Assembly: GCA_951406725.2 (NCBI GenBank)
Contig: OX597828.1
Location: 12,462,001-12,526,000 of the forward strand
Length of the DNA stretch: 64,000 bases
Origin: Octopus vulgaris
Lineage: Eukaryota
Direction: 5' to 3'
Part shown: piece after piece, positions 1 to 13,665 of the stretch
Numbering within the stretch: the stretch's first letter is position 1
How the letters are laid out: every line of letters starts with the position of its first letter
Notes under the pieces: generated by a model
What the model was told of the DNA's origin: nothing
Seen by the model: only the letters and a program-made list of their open reading frames with translations
The model's database searches: none
Translations under genes and position numbers: made by a program

Positions 1-276
1 CTAAATACAAGTTGCGTAGACAAACCAGCCCAGCATCTATAGAATTAAACTGTTTGCTAAGATTGTAGATGTATCAAGTATCTTAAATAGTCATAAAGTT
101 TTTAGATAAAGTTTGCATGAAATTTTATTCTCAGTTTACATATCAACTGTATCAATGGCTTCAACATAGTCGCTCAATCTGCTAGATGTAGCAAATAAAT
201 CGCCCTCAATTCACGCCCGGCTGTCAGGAAAATGGAGTGAATAGATTGGATATTGGTTGTCCCTGTGTCTAGACAC

Positions 277-670
277 AGGCATGGCTGTGATGAAAGAAGC
301 CTGCTTTGCAATTACGTGATTTCGGATTCAGCCACACCTCGCAGCAACTTGAGTGTCTTCTATTTTATCCCCGCCGGCCGACCAATGCGCTGTGAGTGAA
401 TTTGCTAGAAGGAAACTCTGTGGAAACCAGTCGAATACATGTGTGCATTTATGCGTGTCTTTGTTGCTGTGTTTGTCCCCACCACTGCTTGACAACCTGT
501 GCTGGTTTCATTATATACCCGTAACTTAGCGGACCGGCAAAAGTGGACGATAGAATAAGCACCACACTTAAATTACAATAAATACTGGGGGCGATTTCTT
601 TCGATAAACTCTTTAAGGCGGTGCCCTAGCATGGCCGTAGTCTAACGGCTGTACCAAGTAAATAATCAAA
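277..670 (+). mobile_element. Diverged CORE-like SINE (family B)
   Basis: Diverged match to the family B head and tail seen many times in the window. Confidence 0.65.
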
Positions 671-736
671 GATATATCCCCATTAACATGGAGTGGCTAC
701 GCAAAGAATATCTGTTCATAAGATCTTCACGGATAA

Positions 737-1083
737 GGCGGCGAGCTGGCAGAATCGGTAGCAGGCCGGGCGAAATGATTAGCGGTATTTCGTCTGCCGC
801 TACGTTCTGAGTTCAAATTCCACCGAGGTCGACTTTGCCTTTCATCCTTTCGGGGTCGATTAAATAAGTACCAGTTACGCACTGGGGTCGATATAATCGA
901 CTTAATCCGTTTGTCTGTCCTTATTTGTCCCCTCTGTGTTTAGCCCCTTGTGGGTAGTAAAGAAATAAGTATTTCGTCTGCCACTACATTCTGAGTTCAA
1001 ATTCCACCGAGGTCGACATTACCTTTCATCCTTTCGGGGTCGATAAATTAAATACCAGTTGCGTACTGCGATCGATCTAATCT
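737..1083 (+). mobile_element. tRNA-derived SINE family A (Meta-domain-like), internally dimeric
   Basis: GGCGGCGAGCTGGCAGAATC head, GAGTTCAAATTCC B-box, GTCGACTTTGCCTTTCATCCTTTCGGGGTCGAT central domain present twice; many copies in the window. Confidence 0.8.
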
Positions 1084-1085
1084 AC

Positions 1086-2254
1086 ACATGCATTTTTAGT
1101 CATTATTTTATTTGACTAATTTTTATTGAACTTCTATTTCAGAAAATAACTATGACAGGCCCTACGCTTACTAATGAAATGAAAAGTCATGTTGTGATTG
1201 TGGCTTCGAAGGCTAAACATGATTATTTAGAAATTTTCTGAAAGTTGCAAGATTTTTTGTCCAAAAGATTCGGTGTGACTTAGAGAGAGAAGATGGAAGC
1301 GTATTTCCTGTATCAATACGTACAAATCATTCCAAATGCTCTCATTCTATCAGGACACTTATTCAGAAAGTTAAGCAAAACATTGAAGATAATCCAAGAT
1401 AATCAATGAGGTCAGTTGCAAAAAAAATTTGTGTGTGAGAAACAATTAGAATTGTTGTGCATGAAGACATCAGATACAAATCTTTCGAGAGAAGGAGAAG
1501 TGAATCCATGTCAGAAAGAACAAAAGAAAAGGGTTTAATCAGATCCCCAAAACTTTTGAACAAACTTAAAAATCCATCAGAAGATGGTGTGATTTGGTTT
1601 TTCTCAGACGAGAAAAACTTTGACTAGGGCTAGAAAACTAACAGAAGAAATGGCAGATGGCTATGTGCAGACCCTAATGTTCCAACAGTAATGCACACAA
1701 AATTTCTTGCAAGTGTCATAGTTTTGGGTGTTGCTAGCAATGAAGGACATGTGATGCCTCCTCACTTTTTTCCACAATGCCTTAGGATGAATGCTGCTGC
1801 GTATACTGAAGTTCTAGATAGAGTTGTTAATCCTGGATCAACAGTAAATGCAATGGAAGGCTTTATGTCTTTGAACATGATGCTGCACCATCACACAAGG
1901 CTCAAATGACACAGAAATGGCCGACAGTTTGCATGAACACATCCCACCCAACGTTTGGCTTCCTTATTCTCCAGATCTCAATCCACTGGACTACTATATA
2001 TGGAGCATCGTTGAGAAAAATGTCAACGAACACCCACATATCACCAAAGATTCTTTGAAAGTCGACATAGTTCGAGTCATGTCCGATATGAACAATGACC
2101 ACTTAATCCGAGTTTGTGAACGATTTCGACCATGCGTGTAGGCAGTTATTGATGCTTATGGTGGTTTTATTGAATGAAATTATGAAGCTTTATGTTATGA
2201 TATAAGCGTTTTTTAAAAAATATAAATCTGTCCACAAATACCGTTTTCAGTCTG
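1086..2254 (+). mobile_element. Degenerate Tc1/mariner-superfamily transposon, DD37D (maT)-like; transposase pseudogene ~1152-2177
   Basis: Frameshifted motifs WFFSDEKNF, HTKFLASVIVLGV, YVFEHDAAPSH, WLPYSPDLNPLDYYIW with about 37 residues between the 2nd and 3rd Asp. Putative right TIR ends ...TTTTCAGTCTG followed by TA; left end lost next to a SINE. Confidence 0.85.
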
Positions 2255-2302
2255 TATAAATATATATACATACATACATATAGTTATATATATATATATA
2301 CA

Positions 2303-2349
<47 letters not shown>

Positions 2350-2378
2350 TATATATATATATATATACAAACATACAC

Positions 2379-2416
<38 letters not shown>

Positions 2417-2424
2417 AACATACA

Positions 2425-2510
<86 letters not shown>

Positions 2511-2964
2511 CATTACAAACATCATTATATATATATGGGCATATTCTCCGCGTTTTTTTCTGCAATTCTTTTCTTTCTTTTCATTGCTTATGCTCGTTCA
2601 AAAAATATTTTCTCGAAACCGATTATACTGTGTTGGGGTGGGAATTAGCATGGATCATTATTAAACGCTAAAATTGAATTGGACTGTCTGGAAATTAGGT
2701 GGATACTAATCGTTATTTATCTTTCACTTCCTCCAGTTACGTTTCCGGTCAGCTAACTTAATTTACAGGCGTCGGCTGCACATACATATACATATATAAA
2801 CCTGTATATATGCATAAATATACATAAACGCGTGTGGATGTGTGTGAGTGTGTGTGCGAGTGCGTGAAAGTCATGAATCTGAAAATACCACTAATGTTTT
2901 AAATCTTTTTTAGTTCTTATATACATAAATGAAAATATGTATGTGTATAAAATATGTATATGTA

Positions 2965-3026
<62 letters not shown>

Positions 3027-3419
3027 ATTGTTCGTCTGTGTATGTATATAAGTATGCAGAAAGAGAGAGAGACAGGTCGGGAAGAGAAGAGATATGGTTG
3101 TTTTGAATTATGAAACCATGAAACGAATGATGGCGTAATTAACTCGAGCATCGTTGCGGCTGAATTTATTTGATTATATCATCTGATATACGCAATTAGA
3201 TGATGTTTATATCTCTATAGTTCACTGTTTGCCTTTGTGCATAGTAAAAAAAAAAATGTCTGCCGTGCTTGTTCCGGCTCTTACAAAGTCATGTTTGCCG
3301 TTCATTCTTTCGGCGTCGACAAACTATAATACTAGTCGTGTATGTACTGCAGCTGAAGGCATCGACTACTTGCCTTCCCTCCAAAATTTCTGGCGCGAGC
3401 ATAGCTATGTGGTTTTTAG

Positions 3420-3557
3420 AGGCTCTCTTCGCAGTCAGTTGGTTTCAGGTTCTGTCTTACTAGACGGCGCTTTGGGCAAATGTCTTCTGCTGTAGCCCCG
3501 CCCCAACCAATGATTTCTGGGTGAATTTGCTTAACGGAAACGGCAACATCGTCGTAT

Positions 3558-3591
<34 letters not shown>

Positions 3592-3886
3592 GTGTGTGTG
3601 TTTGTGTGTAGGGGGGGGTAGGCGCAATGGCCCAGTGGTTAAGGCAGCGGACTCGCTGTTTCGATTCCCAGACCGGGCGTTGCGAATGTTTATTGAGCGA
3701 AAACACCCAAAGCTCCACGAGGCTCCGGCAGGGGGTGTACTCTTTCGCCACAGATTTCTCTCACTTTTTCTTCTATTGGCCTGCTCGCTTAGCCAGCGGG
3801 GTAGCGTCATTTAAGGGCTAAAACAATGCGAAGCGCATTGTGACCAGCGTTGTGTAGCAACATCTGATAGCCTGGTCGATCACGTG

Positions 3887-3918
<32 letters not shown>

Positions 3919-4135
3919 GTATATGCATGTGTATGTCTATGTGTGTGTGTTTGTGTTCTCCACCACCGCTTGACAGCTAGTGTTGGTTTATTTATCTCAC
4001 CGTAACCTAGCGCTTCGCTAAAAGAGATCAATAGAAGTATCAGACTTAAAAAAGTACTGGACTCGATTGGTTCGAATAAGCCCCCTAAGGTGGTGCCCTA
4101 GCAAGGCCGCATCTCAATGACTGTAGCAAGTAAGT
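3420..4135 (+). mobile_element. Family B SINE with a family C (tRNA-Arg-like) SINE nested in its internal microsatellite (~3618-3886)
   Basis: TTGGGCAA..TGTCTTCT core, then GGCGCAATGGCCCAGTGGTTAAGGCAGCGG head, then family B tail. Confidence 0.7.
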
Positions 4136-5769
4136 GTTAAAAGGTTGAGCCTAAACCAGAAACAATTAAAAAGCTGACCTAGCGAGGGATACAAAGATTT
4201 CCTTGATTCCGTAAAAATAGCATTTAGTTGTTTATATCAGTTACTCAATTCCGTTCTGTTTTACATCAAGTGTAAAACAATCATCACCCGTCTAAAGTTT
4301 AGCTTGTCTACACTGCACGTTTATAGTCTCCTAACGTATGCAGTCAGTTTTATTTACTGTTTACACACTTCGAATACACTTCTTTATCCATAAATATCCT
4401 CTTACAAACTGTACTTGTTCAAACCAATGAAGGAATCCTCTATGCAAGAAAAACCAGTCAAATTTCAGACAAGTGAGATCCTATTGACTTTACTGTATAG
4501 AGAGGATACATTTTGATAATGTCCTCTTAGAAATATAACTGAAAGATGGCTAAGGATATAATATTTTTGGACATAGTTCTGCTTTGTATGAAAATAACCT
4601 CAGTTTATTTATGGGATTAATATAAATGCCTCGTATTTTAAAAGTGTGCTGCAACTCTACAACGTATGTTCAGATATCGTAGAGATTTATTTGCTTGTTA
4701 CCCTTTCAGGGTGGGTGAAATAAGTATCAGTGCCGAGGGTGAATAGCCAGAACAGTGACAGAGAGAGACCTGAATTTGTTGCGGTATCTGTACCGTCTAG
4801 GCGTCCTACGTTCAAATCTCGTACCAGCTGGTTTAGTCCTGTTACATAGTATCTTGCGGACCTTTAGCAGAATTCATTTTGTTGCAAGCATTTACCCCAA
4901 GTCTTAGGTTTGAGGATACCTTACAGCCTCCCACTCCGCCATCACCAGTCTCGAAGACCTTGTGAAGGGTGTGGGCACTGCATTTTCTCCCAAATAAAAG
5001 ATACTGCAAGCTTTTATAGCATTTATATTAAACTTTATTTCTATGCAGGAGACAATCCTGAGTTTTTTATCAATCATTAATTTAAGCTGTCACTACACTC
5101 AAAATTAATTCACAAAATAACCTAAATACCTCTTCAGTCACTCTAATATTTATCGGTAACATTTAAGCAATATGACGCTGAAGAAGTCTAAACAGGCCGA
5201 AACACAACCGGAGTTGTTGTTCTATTGCTGTAGATGACACTCACTCCCCATTATATCTTATATATAATTGACCTGTTCATCCACATTATAGGTTATCTCC
5301 GTTGTTCGTACACTAAAATTAGTCAATGCAGTCATGGATTTTTTCCATCGCAAAAGAGTATAATTTTAGTTAAATAAATTTTATTCATTTACTATGTTAA
5401 GAATAACTATCATGGTAAATTTATGGCTCACACGGGAAAAAAATTATTTTTCTTCATTTTTTTTCGTGTGCTGCCAACTAATCTGACCTCTGCACATGCT
5501 ACAAGAGACTTTTTCCCGAAAAACGGAGGGAGTGAGAGGAATGAGGGGAATCCGAAGTTCCCCCGTCCCCACTCCGTCCTTTAGGCATGTTCGGAGGAAC
5601 ATTTTGGCATTCATCTTATCCCTTCGTGTTCTGAAACCTTAAGTGGTAAACTTAACCTGTCACTCTGCTTAACACCTCTATATCCATAGGGTAGTTTGAA
5701 AGACGTGTCAGCCCCTACGGAAAAAGTAATAAGAACAATAGAGCAACAATATAATAATATTAAATAGAT

Positions 5770-6150
5770 GTACTGGTTTTAGTATATTCACTTTCATTGA
5801 CACTGACACACATCTATAAGGTCTGCATGAACACCGTCATTTTCGTGGCACAAGATGATCGGTGCAATGTCCTGTGTAATATTTTACAAAGCTGTACTTT
5901 AATGATTGTTGCAAAGGCTGCCGAAACGGGGTCCTTCAACTACAGGGTAATCTGATATTGCTCTTGGGAAACTCTCTCCTTGATAATAGAAAATTAAAAC
6001 AATATTTACAGATCGTGACAATACTTTCAGACCACACTGTACATAATTCCTTAGGTACTTGAGTGGATTTCACTGTTTGAAAGCATTCCAGTCAGTTCTC
6101 TGGTTTGAGGATGATGTCCTCCATTTGTTTTCTTTGCCTTGGAGACGCTA
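5770..6150 (-). mobile_element. Possible highly degenerate Helitron PIF1-like helicase remnant
   Basis: Minus strand gives QGESFPRAISDYP..PVSAAFATIIKVQ, resembling the helicase motif IPRI..SD.PF..FPVRLAFAMTINKSQ. Confidence 0.3.
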
Positions 6151-6495
6151 AAAGCAATTGGGGTGGGCACGTTTTACTTCCCTTCTCTCCCTAAAAAAGA
6201 ATATCTATAATGAATTAATCGTTTCAATCCCTGAACTGGAACAATGCTGGGACAACGCCCTGAGGAGTTAAATCGAATAAATCGTTCCTATTAACTATAT
6301 ATGTTCAACGGTGTTTCTTATTTTGCCGGCCCCTCTTGACAAACCAGAACCAGTAAGAGATGTAGACATAAACAAACCAACGCCAGTTAGCAAAGGTGGC
6401 GGTTGACAAACACAAGGACAAAGAGACACACATACATATATGCGTGTGTGTGTGTGATACTCACGCATGGACGCACACACGCAGTGTTTTATAAA

Positions 6496-6564
<69 letters not shown>

Positions 6565-6566
<2 letters not shown>

Positions 6567-6906
6567 GTTTCCAGTTGATCCGATCAACGGAACAGCATGC
6601 TCGTGAAATTAGCGTGCAAGTGGCTGACACGTGTACCCTTAACGTAGTTCTCGGGGATATTCAGCGTAATACAAAGTGTGACAAGGCTGGCCCTTTGAAA
6701 TACAAGTACAACAGAAGCAGGAAGAAAGAGTGAGAGTAAGTTGTGGTGAAAGCGTACGCTGGGTACGCCACCACTCCCTGCTGGAGCCTCGTGGAGCTTT
6801 AGGTGTTTTCGCTCAATAAACACTCACAACGCCCGGTCTAGGAATCGAAACCGCGATCCTACAACCGCGAATCCGTTGCCTTAACTACCGGGCCATTGCA
6901 CCTCCA
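6565..6906 (-). mobile_element. Family C SINE (tRNA-Arg-like head)
   Basis: Reverse complement of the GGAGGTGCAATGGCCC...GGTTTCGATTCC head and AAAACACCTAAAGCTCCACGAGGCTCC body. Confidence 0.75.
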
Positions 6907-6907
6907 A

Positions 6908-6938
<31 letters not shown>

Positions 6939-7038
6939 CATACATACATACATACACACACCGGAGTAAACACATAAATGTGAAACAAGGTGGAAAAAAG
7001 AGTACTCAAATACCAGGGGTAGAGTAATATGCTTTATT

Positions 7039-7189
7039 TAAAAGCAGCAGAAATTCAACAAAACCTGTTACTCGGAGTTTCATGTTCCCGTTCGTCGGAC
7101 AGTTTTCGGTTCTATTTTAACAAAACTGTCCGACGAGCGGGAACGTGAAACTCCGAGTAACAGGTTTTGTTGAATTTCTGCTGCTTTTA
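7039..7189. repeat. ~68-bp-arm inverted repeat (Penelope-like pseudo-LTR type), each arm carrying a hammerhead motif
   Basis: Arms 7039-7106 and 7122-7189 are near-perfect reverse complements around a 15-nt spacer. Confidence 0.85.
7122..7168 (+). ncRNA. Minimal type I hammerhead ribozyme motif (U4C core variant)
   Basis: AAAACTGT-CCGACGA-GCG(GGAA)CGT-GAA-ACTC(C)GAGT-A-ACAG GTTTT; predicted GUA cleavage after 7159. Confidence 0.65.
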
Positions 7190-7195
7190 ATTAAA

Positions 7196-7227
<32 letters not shown>

Positions 7228-7271
7228 TTCCACCTGCCTTCGTCTTTTGTCTATTTTCATAAAGCTTCCCG

Positions 7272-7304
<33 letters not shown>

Positions 7305-8359
7305 GTGACAAGTCCCTTTGAAAACAGACACTACTCATTTCGCCAGCTGAGTGGAATAATGTGAAATAAGGTGTTTCCTTCAAAGACACAACGCGAGTAA
7401 TCTGAGTCACGATCATTAAGATAGTGAGCCGAATACCATTGCCCTCTGTTCGCTAAGCTATGCACCCTCACTACGTAATGGTCGTCAGTTCGATTCCTGG
7501 CGGCGTGTTGCTTTATTGAACAAGACACTTTATTTCGCGCTATTCCAATCCACTCAGCTAGCAAAAATGAGCAAGTACCTTTATTTCGAAGGGTCACACT
7601 CTGTGTCACGCGGAATCTCCCTGAGAACTACGTTACGTGTACGCGTGTCTTGCACATTAATTTTATGAAGCAGGCTGTTCTGATGGTCGAATCAATTGAA
7701 ACTCACGTTGTTGAAACTAATAGAGTGCTACGGAATGATACATATATGCCAATGTAAACTACAAATTTGTATAAATTGTTTATATTACCATAAAGCCAAA
7801 ATACTAAAACTAGTCTAAAAATAATACTAATAAACATGTGCCTGTGTTTGTAGAAGGCCAATAACGCATTTAATAATAGCAATGAAACCTCAAACAATGT
7901 GATATATTGTTAGTACATGTTCACCAGTTGTGGCGAAGTATTCTTCCTTATGTATATAGATCGAACGATTAATCGATAGCTATTTCTATATCAAAGTAAA
8001 TATATTAATCTCTGGTAAATACAAAGTACGTTCTTACTAAAATTTTACTGTGTATTTATAACTACGTTTTATGGCTATATCACGGCTGACACGATGTTAG
8101 ATTCACTTAATGTATGTATTTAATTCGTTGTCTGTAGTTTTATCTAAATTTTACAGCAGTCTTAACTTCTCAGAAAATTGTTTTTATTACAAAAAAATCT
8201 GTTGTAATGGTATTAGTACGATACTGGTATCACATATTGTCCTCTTTTTGTCGTCTGTTACTGAATATGGCTTTATTCGAATAAGAACACAAATATGCTT
8301 AAATATGTAGACACAACACAAACGCATCTATATGCTTGTATACATATACGTAATATATA

Positions 8360-8528
8360 CGAGGAGGTGTAGAAAAGTTCCTGGCTTTGGGCAACAGAAA
8401 ATATATGTTTTATCAGTTAATTATAATTTATTCAACATATTCCCCTCCAAAATTCACGCACTTATTGCAGTGGTTGAGCCTCCAGCCAGGCCTATCACGA
8501 AAATCTTAAAGAAGGAACTTTTCAGCAC
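8360..8528 (-). mobile_element. Mariner 3' end fragment
   Basis: TA-CGAGGAGGTGTAGAAAAGTTCCTGGC TIR-like end; minus strand reads like a mariner C-terminus (..KCVNFGGEYVE*). Confidence 0.6.
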
Positions 8529-8530
8529 CG

Positions 8531-8561
<31 letters not shown>

Positions 8562-8606
8562 TCTCATTTATATATATATGTACCTATGTATGAACAATTG
8601 TTCATA

Positions 8607-8815
8607 TACTCTTTTGCTTGTTTCAGTCATTTGACTGCGGCCATGCTGGAGCACCGCCTTTAGTCGAGCAAATCGACCCCGGGATTTATTCTTTGTAAGC
8701 CCAGTACTTATTCTATCGGTCTCTTTTTGCCGAACCGCTAAATGACGGGGACGTAAACACACCAGCATCGGTTGTCAAGCAATGCTAGGGGGACAAAGAT
8801 AGACACACAAACATG

Positions 8816-8886
<71 letters not shown>

Positions 8887-9048
8887 GACAGGCTTCTTTC
8901 AGTTTCCGTCTACCAAATCCACTCACAAGGCTTTGGTCGGCCCGAGGCTATAGCAGAAGACACTTGCCCAAGATGCCACGCAGTGGGACTGAACCCGGAA
9001 CCATGTGGTTGGTTAGCAAGCTACTTACCACACAGCCACTCCTGCGCC
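8607..9048 (-). mobile_element. Full-length family B (CORE-like, octopus OR-type) SINE with TSD
   Basis: Complete head-core-microsatellite-tail; 15-bp direct repeat TATGTATGAACAATT at 8585-8599 and 9049-9063. Confidence 0.85.
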
Positions 9049-9689
9049 TATGTATGAACAATTTAGATAAGTGGCTAACAGGTTTAACAAGGATAAGGTC
9101 TGTCGACACCATCGACTCCAGTACTAGACTGGCACATTATTTTATCAAACTTGAAACGATGAAAGCCATATTGCCGAAAATTGGATTTGAACTCGAAACG
9201 TAAATTGCTGCAAAACAAATGCCACTAAGCATTCATTTTTTTCTTGTTCATTTTTATTTCTTTTCGTAATGTTTAGAATTCTCCCAGCCCACTCTGTTCT
9301 GTTTGTGAAGTTAATATTTTCATAGCACCAAAATGTTATATTGAATATTGAAGTCAATAAATCTCTAAACAATACATATAATTTTTTTTAATGCGACACA
9401 TCACGTCATATATATGTCTTTATTTTTCATTTATATATACATATATTTTTTTTTGCGATCATCATGACTACACTTCCAACACTTTTTTCTGCTTTTGAAA
9501 TTATTAATACTCAAATGATACTTTACCGACTTCTGCTGAAGTCCTATTAATCTTTTTGTATATTTTGACACACACACAAAAATTACTTTTTATTTTTTCA
9601 ATGAACTATCATGTGAAAATGTTAGCCTCGTAATGATAAATTGACGAGGTTGCAAATACAGGGCATATATATGTGTGTATATATATATA

Positions 9690-9723
<34 letters not shown>

Positions 9724-10224
9724 TACATACATGTATACATGCACACACATACACGTATATATAAATATGTATATATATATATATATTATATTATATATAA
9801 TGTCGTTAGCACGCCGGGCAAAATGTTTAGCAGCATTTCGTCAGTTTTTGCCTTTCATCCTTTCAGGGTCGATAAAATAAGTACCAGTTGAGCACTGGGG
9901 GTCGATGTAATTGACTGATTCCCCCTCCCCCAAGATTACTGGCCCTGTGCCAAAATTTGAAACCGATATTATATAAAATACCTATCTCTAGATGTGTATA
10001 TATATGTATGTATTCACACATATTTATATGCATACATATAGACACTCATATGTGGGTGTAAGTCTGTATCTTCTCCCGATAACAATATTCGCACTACTTT
10101 TAGGGGCCGACTGAACGGATAGAAACTTACTTCGAAAACATGAGATCACGGTTTCGATGACACTGCTCGTAGCAGAAGTCATTTTTCTATAGACTCGAGT
10201 CTGTTCATACCTCGTGACATTGGG

Positions 10225-10609
10225 TTGAGAAAGATTGCACAGAAGCTTGTCTTTGGGGTTTTACCTGTAATTCAAAATATACAGTTACGTGTGCTGCTAG
10301 ACAACTTTTTCTTCAATTCTTTACGATGCTTGTTGGAACTTAAAGCGTCAGATTGTCGTTGTTGTTACTTTAACCTCACCCAAACCATTTTCTCTTTACT
10401 CCAAAGACGACATGTGTTTAGCATTCTGTCTTATATGAGCTGAATAAGTATGCTGGGCCGCAATCCACCAAAAGGTTTTGGTACATACTGGAAAAAGTAC
10501 TTTGTCGCAACGGATGAATTATGCACATGATTCGATCAAAAGCAGAGGCCGGAAATCGAACGACATCTTGTTCTGGTGACCACGTTGCATCTTGAAGAGG
10601 AACCTGTTC

Positions 10610-10610
<1 letters not shown>
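10225..10610 (+). mobile_element. Possible piggyBac-like transposase remnant
   Basis: RVLLDNFFFNSLRCLLELK resembles the piggyBac DNFF-S-L-L catalytic segment; otherwise degenerate. Confidence 0.3.
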
Positions 10611-10657
<47 letters not shown>

Positions 10658-11504
10658 CCCCAACAACTTTTTCTCATTTGTTCTATTTTACCAACCACTG
10701 TTTTTTTATTCCTTATCAATTAATTTTTCAATCTTTTTTTGTGATGAAGGACTAGCGACCGAAAAGTCAATATTCTTTTCCTTCTATTTAAGCTTTAAAC
10801 TAAATTGATACAAATCTTGTGAAAACTTTTCCCTTATCCATGTTCTTGTGCTCATTGCTTTCTCAATGCATATACAGATACAGTTATAGACACAGAGATA
10901 TACGTTTCCCTCAGTTCGCCCATGGCTAATCTATTCTTAGTTAGGTCAACTGACTGTCAGCTTCTGAGTTAGAATGTTACCTACTTATTCAATATTGTTT
11001 AAACAAATTATTGATTTGACATTAAAAATGCAAACATTCTCTTTCAACAGATGTAAGGAAAAACGAAAACTGGTGGGGAAAAGATCGAAAAAGAAACACT
11101 AAATATATCATAAACAAAATCATCATTTTCATAAAATTCCCTTCATCTTTTTCTTTGGCTTTTGGGTTTTATCATCATTTAGTTTTTTGTATGGAGAGCG
11201 TTAGAACAAAGTAATATGTTCTTTTAAAATAAGAGCTATAGAATTTAGGCGGTTTTATAGGTTTTATGAATATTTACTTATAAATAAGTTATGAAAAAAT
11301 AACTAAAATTTATTTATCCTAAATTATCTATTTTAAAATTTATCATGAGCACAAATACGACAACTACAAACGATAGTTAATAACAAAAAAAAATGTGACA
11401 TATTGAATCGAGTACATTCCACACACCGACCCACGTCATACAGTTACTCTTACTCGCACAGAAAAACACACGCACGTGTACAGCTAGATGCGTTTCTGTA
11501 TAAT

Positions 11505-11659
11505 GATAGATAGATGCATGTATGTGTGTGTGTGAGTAGTGTATATATATATACACACACACACACACAGACATATATATATAAATATATATGTGTGTAC
11601 GCATGTATATATATATGTATATATATATATATGTGTGTGTGTGTGTACGCATGTATATA

Positions 11660-11702
<43 letters not shown>

Positions 11703-11864
11703 GTGTGTGTACGTATGTATATATATGTATTTATATATACATATGCGTGTACGTATGTATATATATATATATATATATATATAATGTATATATATATATA
11801 TACATATGTGTGTACGTATGTATATATATATATAATGTATATATATATATACATATGTGTGTAC

Positions 11865-11896
<32 letters not shown>

Positions 11897-11937
11897 ATAT
11901 ATATGTATGTATGTATGTATGTATGCATGTATGTATG

Positions 11938-11987
<50 letters not shown>

Positions 11988-11997
11988 TGCATGCATG

Positions 11998-12044
<47 letters not shown>

Positions 12045-12089
12045 GTATATATGCATGTATATATGCATGTATGTATGTATATATATATG

Positions 12090-12133
<44 letters not shown>

Positions 12134-12172
12134 CATATATACATACATATATATTCATAGATAGATAGATAG
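11505..12172. repeat. ~670-bp compound (TA)n/(TG)n/(TATG)n microsatellite
   Basis: Direct reading. Confidence 0.95.
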
Positions 12173-12770
12173 ATTGACGCACAATCATTATTAAAGACAC
12201 AAATCATTTTATATTCGCGTCATTTATTGCTGGAGTTACGGCTTAGAATTTTCCTTCATTTATCGTATATTAATTTTCTCATTAACATTCTGTTGAATAT
12301 GATCTCGCATCACATCCAGATATTGTTTAATAGAATAATTTTGTTACCAACTGCCATTATTCTCTCTTATCTTTATCATGCATCACAAACTAAAATTTTT
12401 AAGTATTTCCATGAGTCATTAACACGGTCGTTTTATATGTGCAATCATTTTTGTTACACACTATAAACCATATTACGAGGTATTTTTACACATATATATT
12501 TTTTTTACAACTTTCCTGTAATATTTGGATCAGTTCTGATTAACATATCCTTTGTAACCGAATTGTATGACTTTCGATATATGAGTTTTGCTTTGTTTTT
12601 TTTTTTCTCTTTTCCTTTCTTTTTTTTTTCTCGTTATTATCTCTACTAACACACTGTAATCATCGGCTTCATTTATATATGTGTTCTTGTGTTCTGTTAC
12701 TGAATGCGTCTTTATTCAAATAGGAAAACAGATATGCTTAAATATGTGCACACAACACACGCATACATAA

Positions 12771-12835
<65 letters not shown>

Positions 12836-13616
12836 CGTAATACACACATGCACAGGTATAATAACAACAACAGCAGCACAAGTCTGTTTCATACCTCTGC
12901 TACTTTAACTCACAAACAGGTTTGTTTACATTAGTTCTGATTGGTTATTAAATACCAAATCACATTTTGGATACAGCAAATTAGTTTTAAAGAATTTACC
13001 AACATGACATAGAAATTTCCAAGAGTAGATCAAAAGATGATTTTGTGCGTGTTTCGAAGGGCAACCGAGTTCCAAACATTTATTATATTGCAGCCTGGAT
13101 TTCTGGTCCTCTGCCAAGAAAGAAAATTCTCTACCATCTTTCGCAAATTGTTCTTCAGTAATACTTCAAAGTTATTATTTCTGCAAGCAAAGCTACCATA
13201 TTTACTACCTACCGTTCTTACAAATCCAGTATACACACACGTACACACAGACAGACAGACAGACAGACAGGCAGGCAGGCAGACAGACACAAACACACAC
13301 ACACATGGCAACAGGGCCTCTCACGAACTTGCCTTCTTCAGACCATGTGTAACTCAAAACTTCAAAGCATCCTCGGATTGAGTCATAACAGCAGGAAGTT
13401 CAAAGCAAATATTACACAGCAAGGGAACACATAATCGCCCCACCCTCAATAACTCATGAACACCATGTTCTTGCAATCCACAAAAATTCATGGAATACTA
13501 TAGTTCAAAATATCTGAATTGCAATACTGAAGGGCGCGCGTTCACATATATATATAAACACACAAACACTCACGCACACGTATAAATATATGCATATGTC
13601 TGTGTGTTTGTGTGCG

Positions 13617-13665
<49 letters not shown>

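Noticed and set aside
5175-5225. CTGAAGA-AGTCT(AAAC)AGGCC-GAAAC hammerhead-like core
   Set aside because: Helix I cannot be formed; not called as a ribozyme. The decayed motif at ~46985-47015 was rejected for the same kind of reason.
8772-9203. Recurrent 'RRASFSFRLPNPLTRLWSARGYSRRHLPK' ORFs that look like a protein family
   Set aside because: Antisense translations of the family B SINE.
11377-12207. Long ORFs (up to 238 aa) of YI/CV/HT repeats, also at 57282-57958 and 60094-60529
   Set aside because: Translations of dinucleotide microsatellites that lack stop codons.
8230-12765. Similar ~90-bp segments at ~8245-8327 and ~12685-12765 near hydrophobic ORFs, suggesting membrane-protein exons
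   Set aside because: Hydrophobicity follows from T-rich composition, with no consistent frame or splice sites; probably an old repeat.
12940-13500. Possible Tc1-like transposase remnant on the minus strand
   Set aside because: Only a faint resemblance (WQRTRNPGCNIINVW); too degenerate to support.
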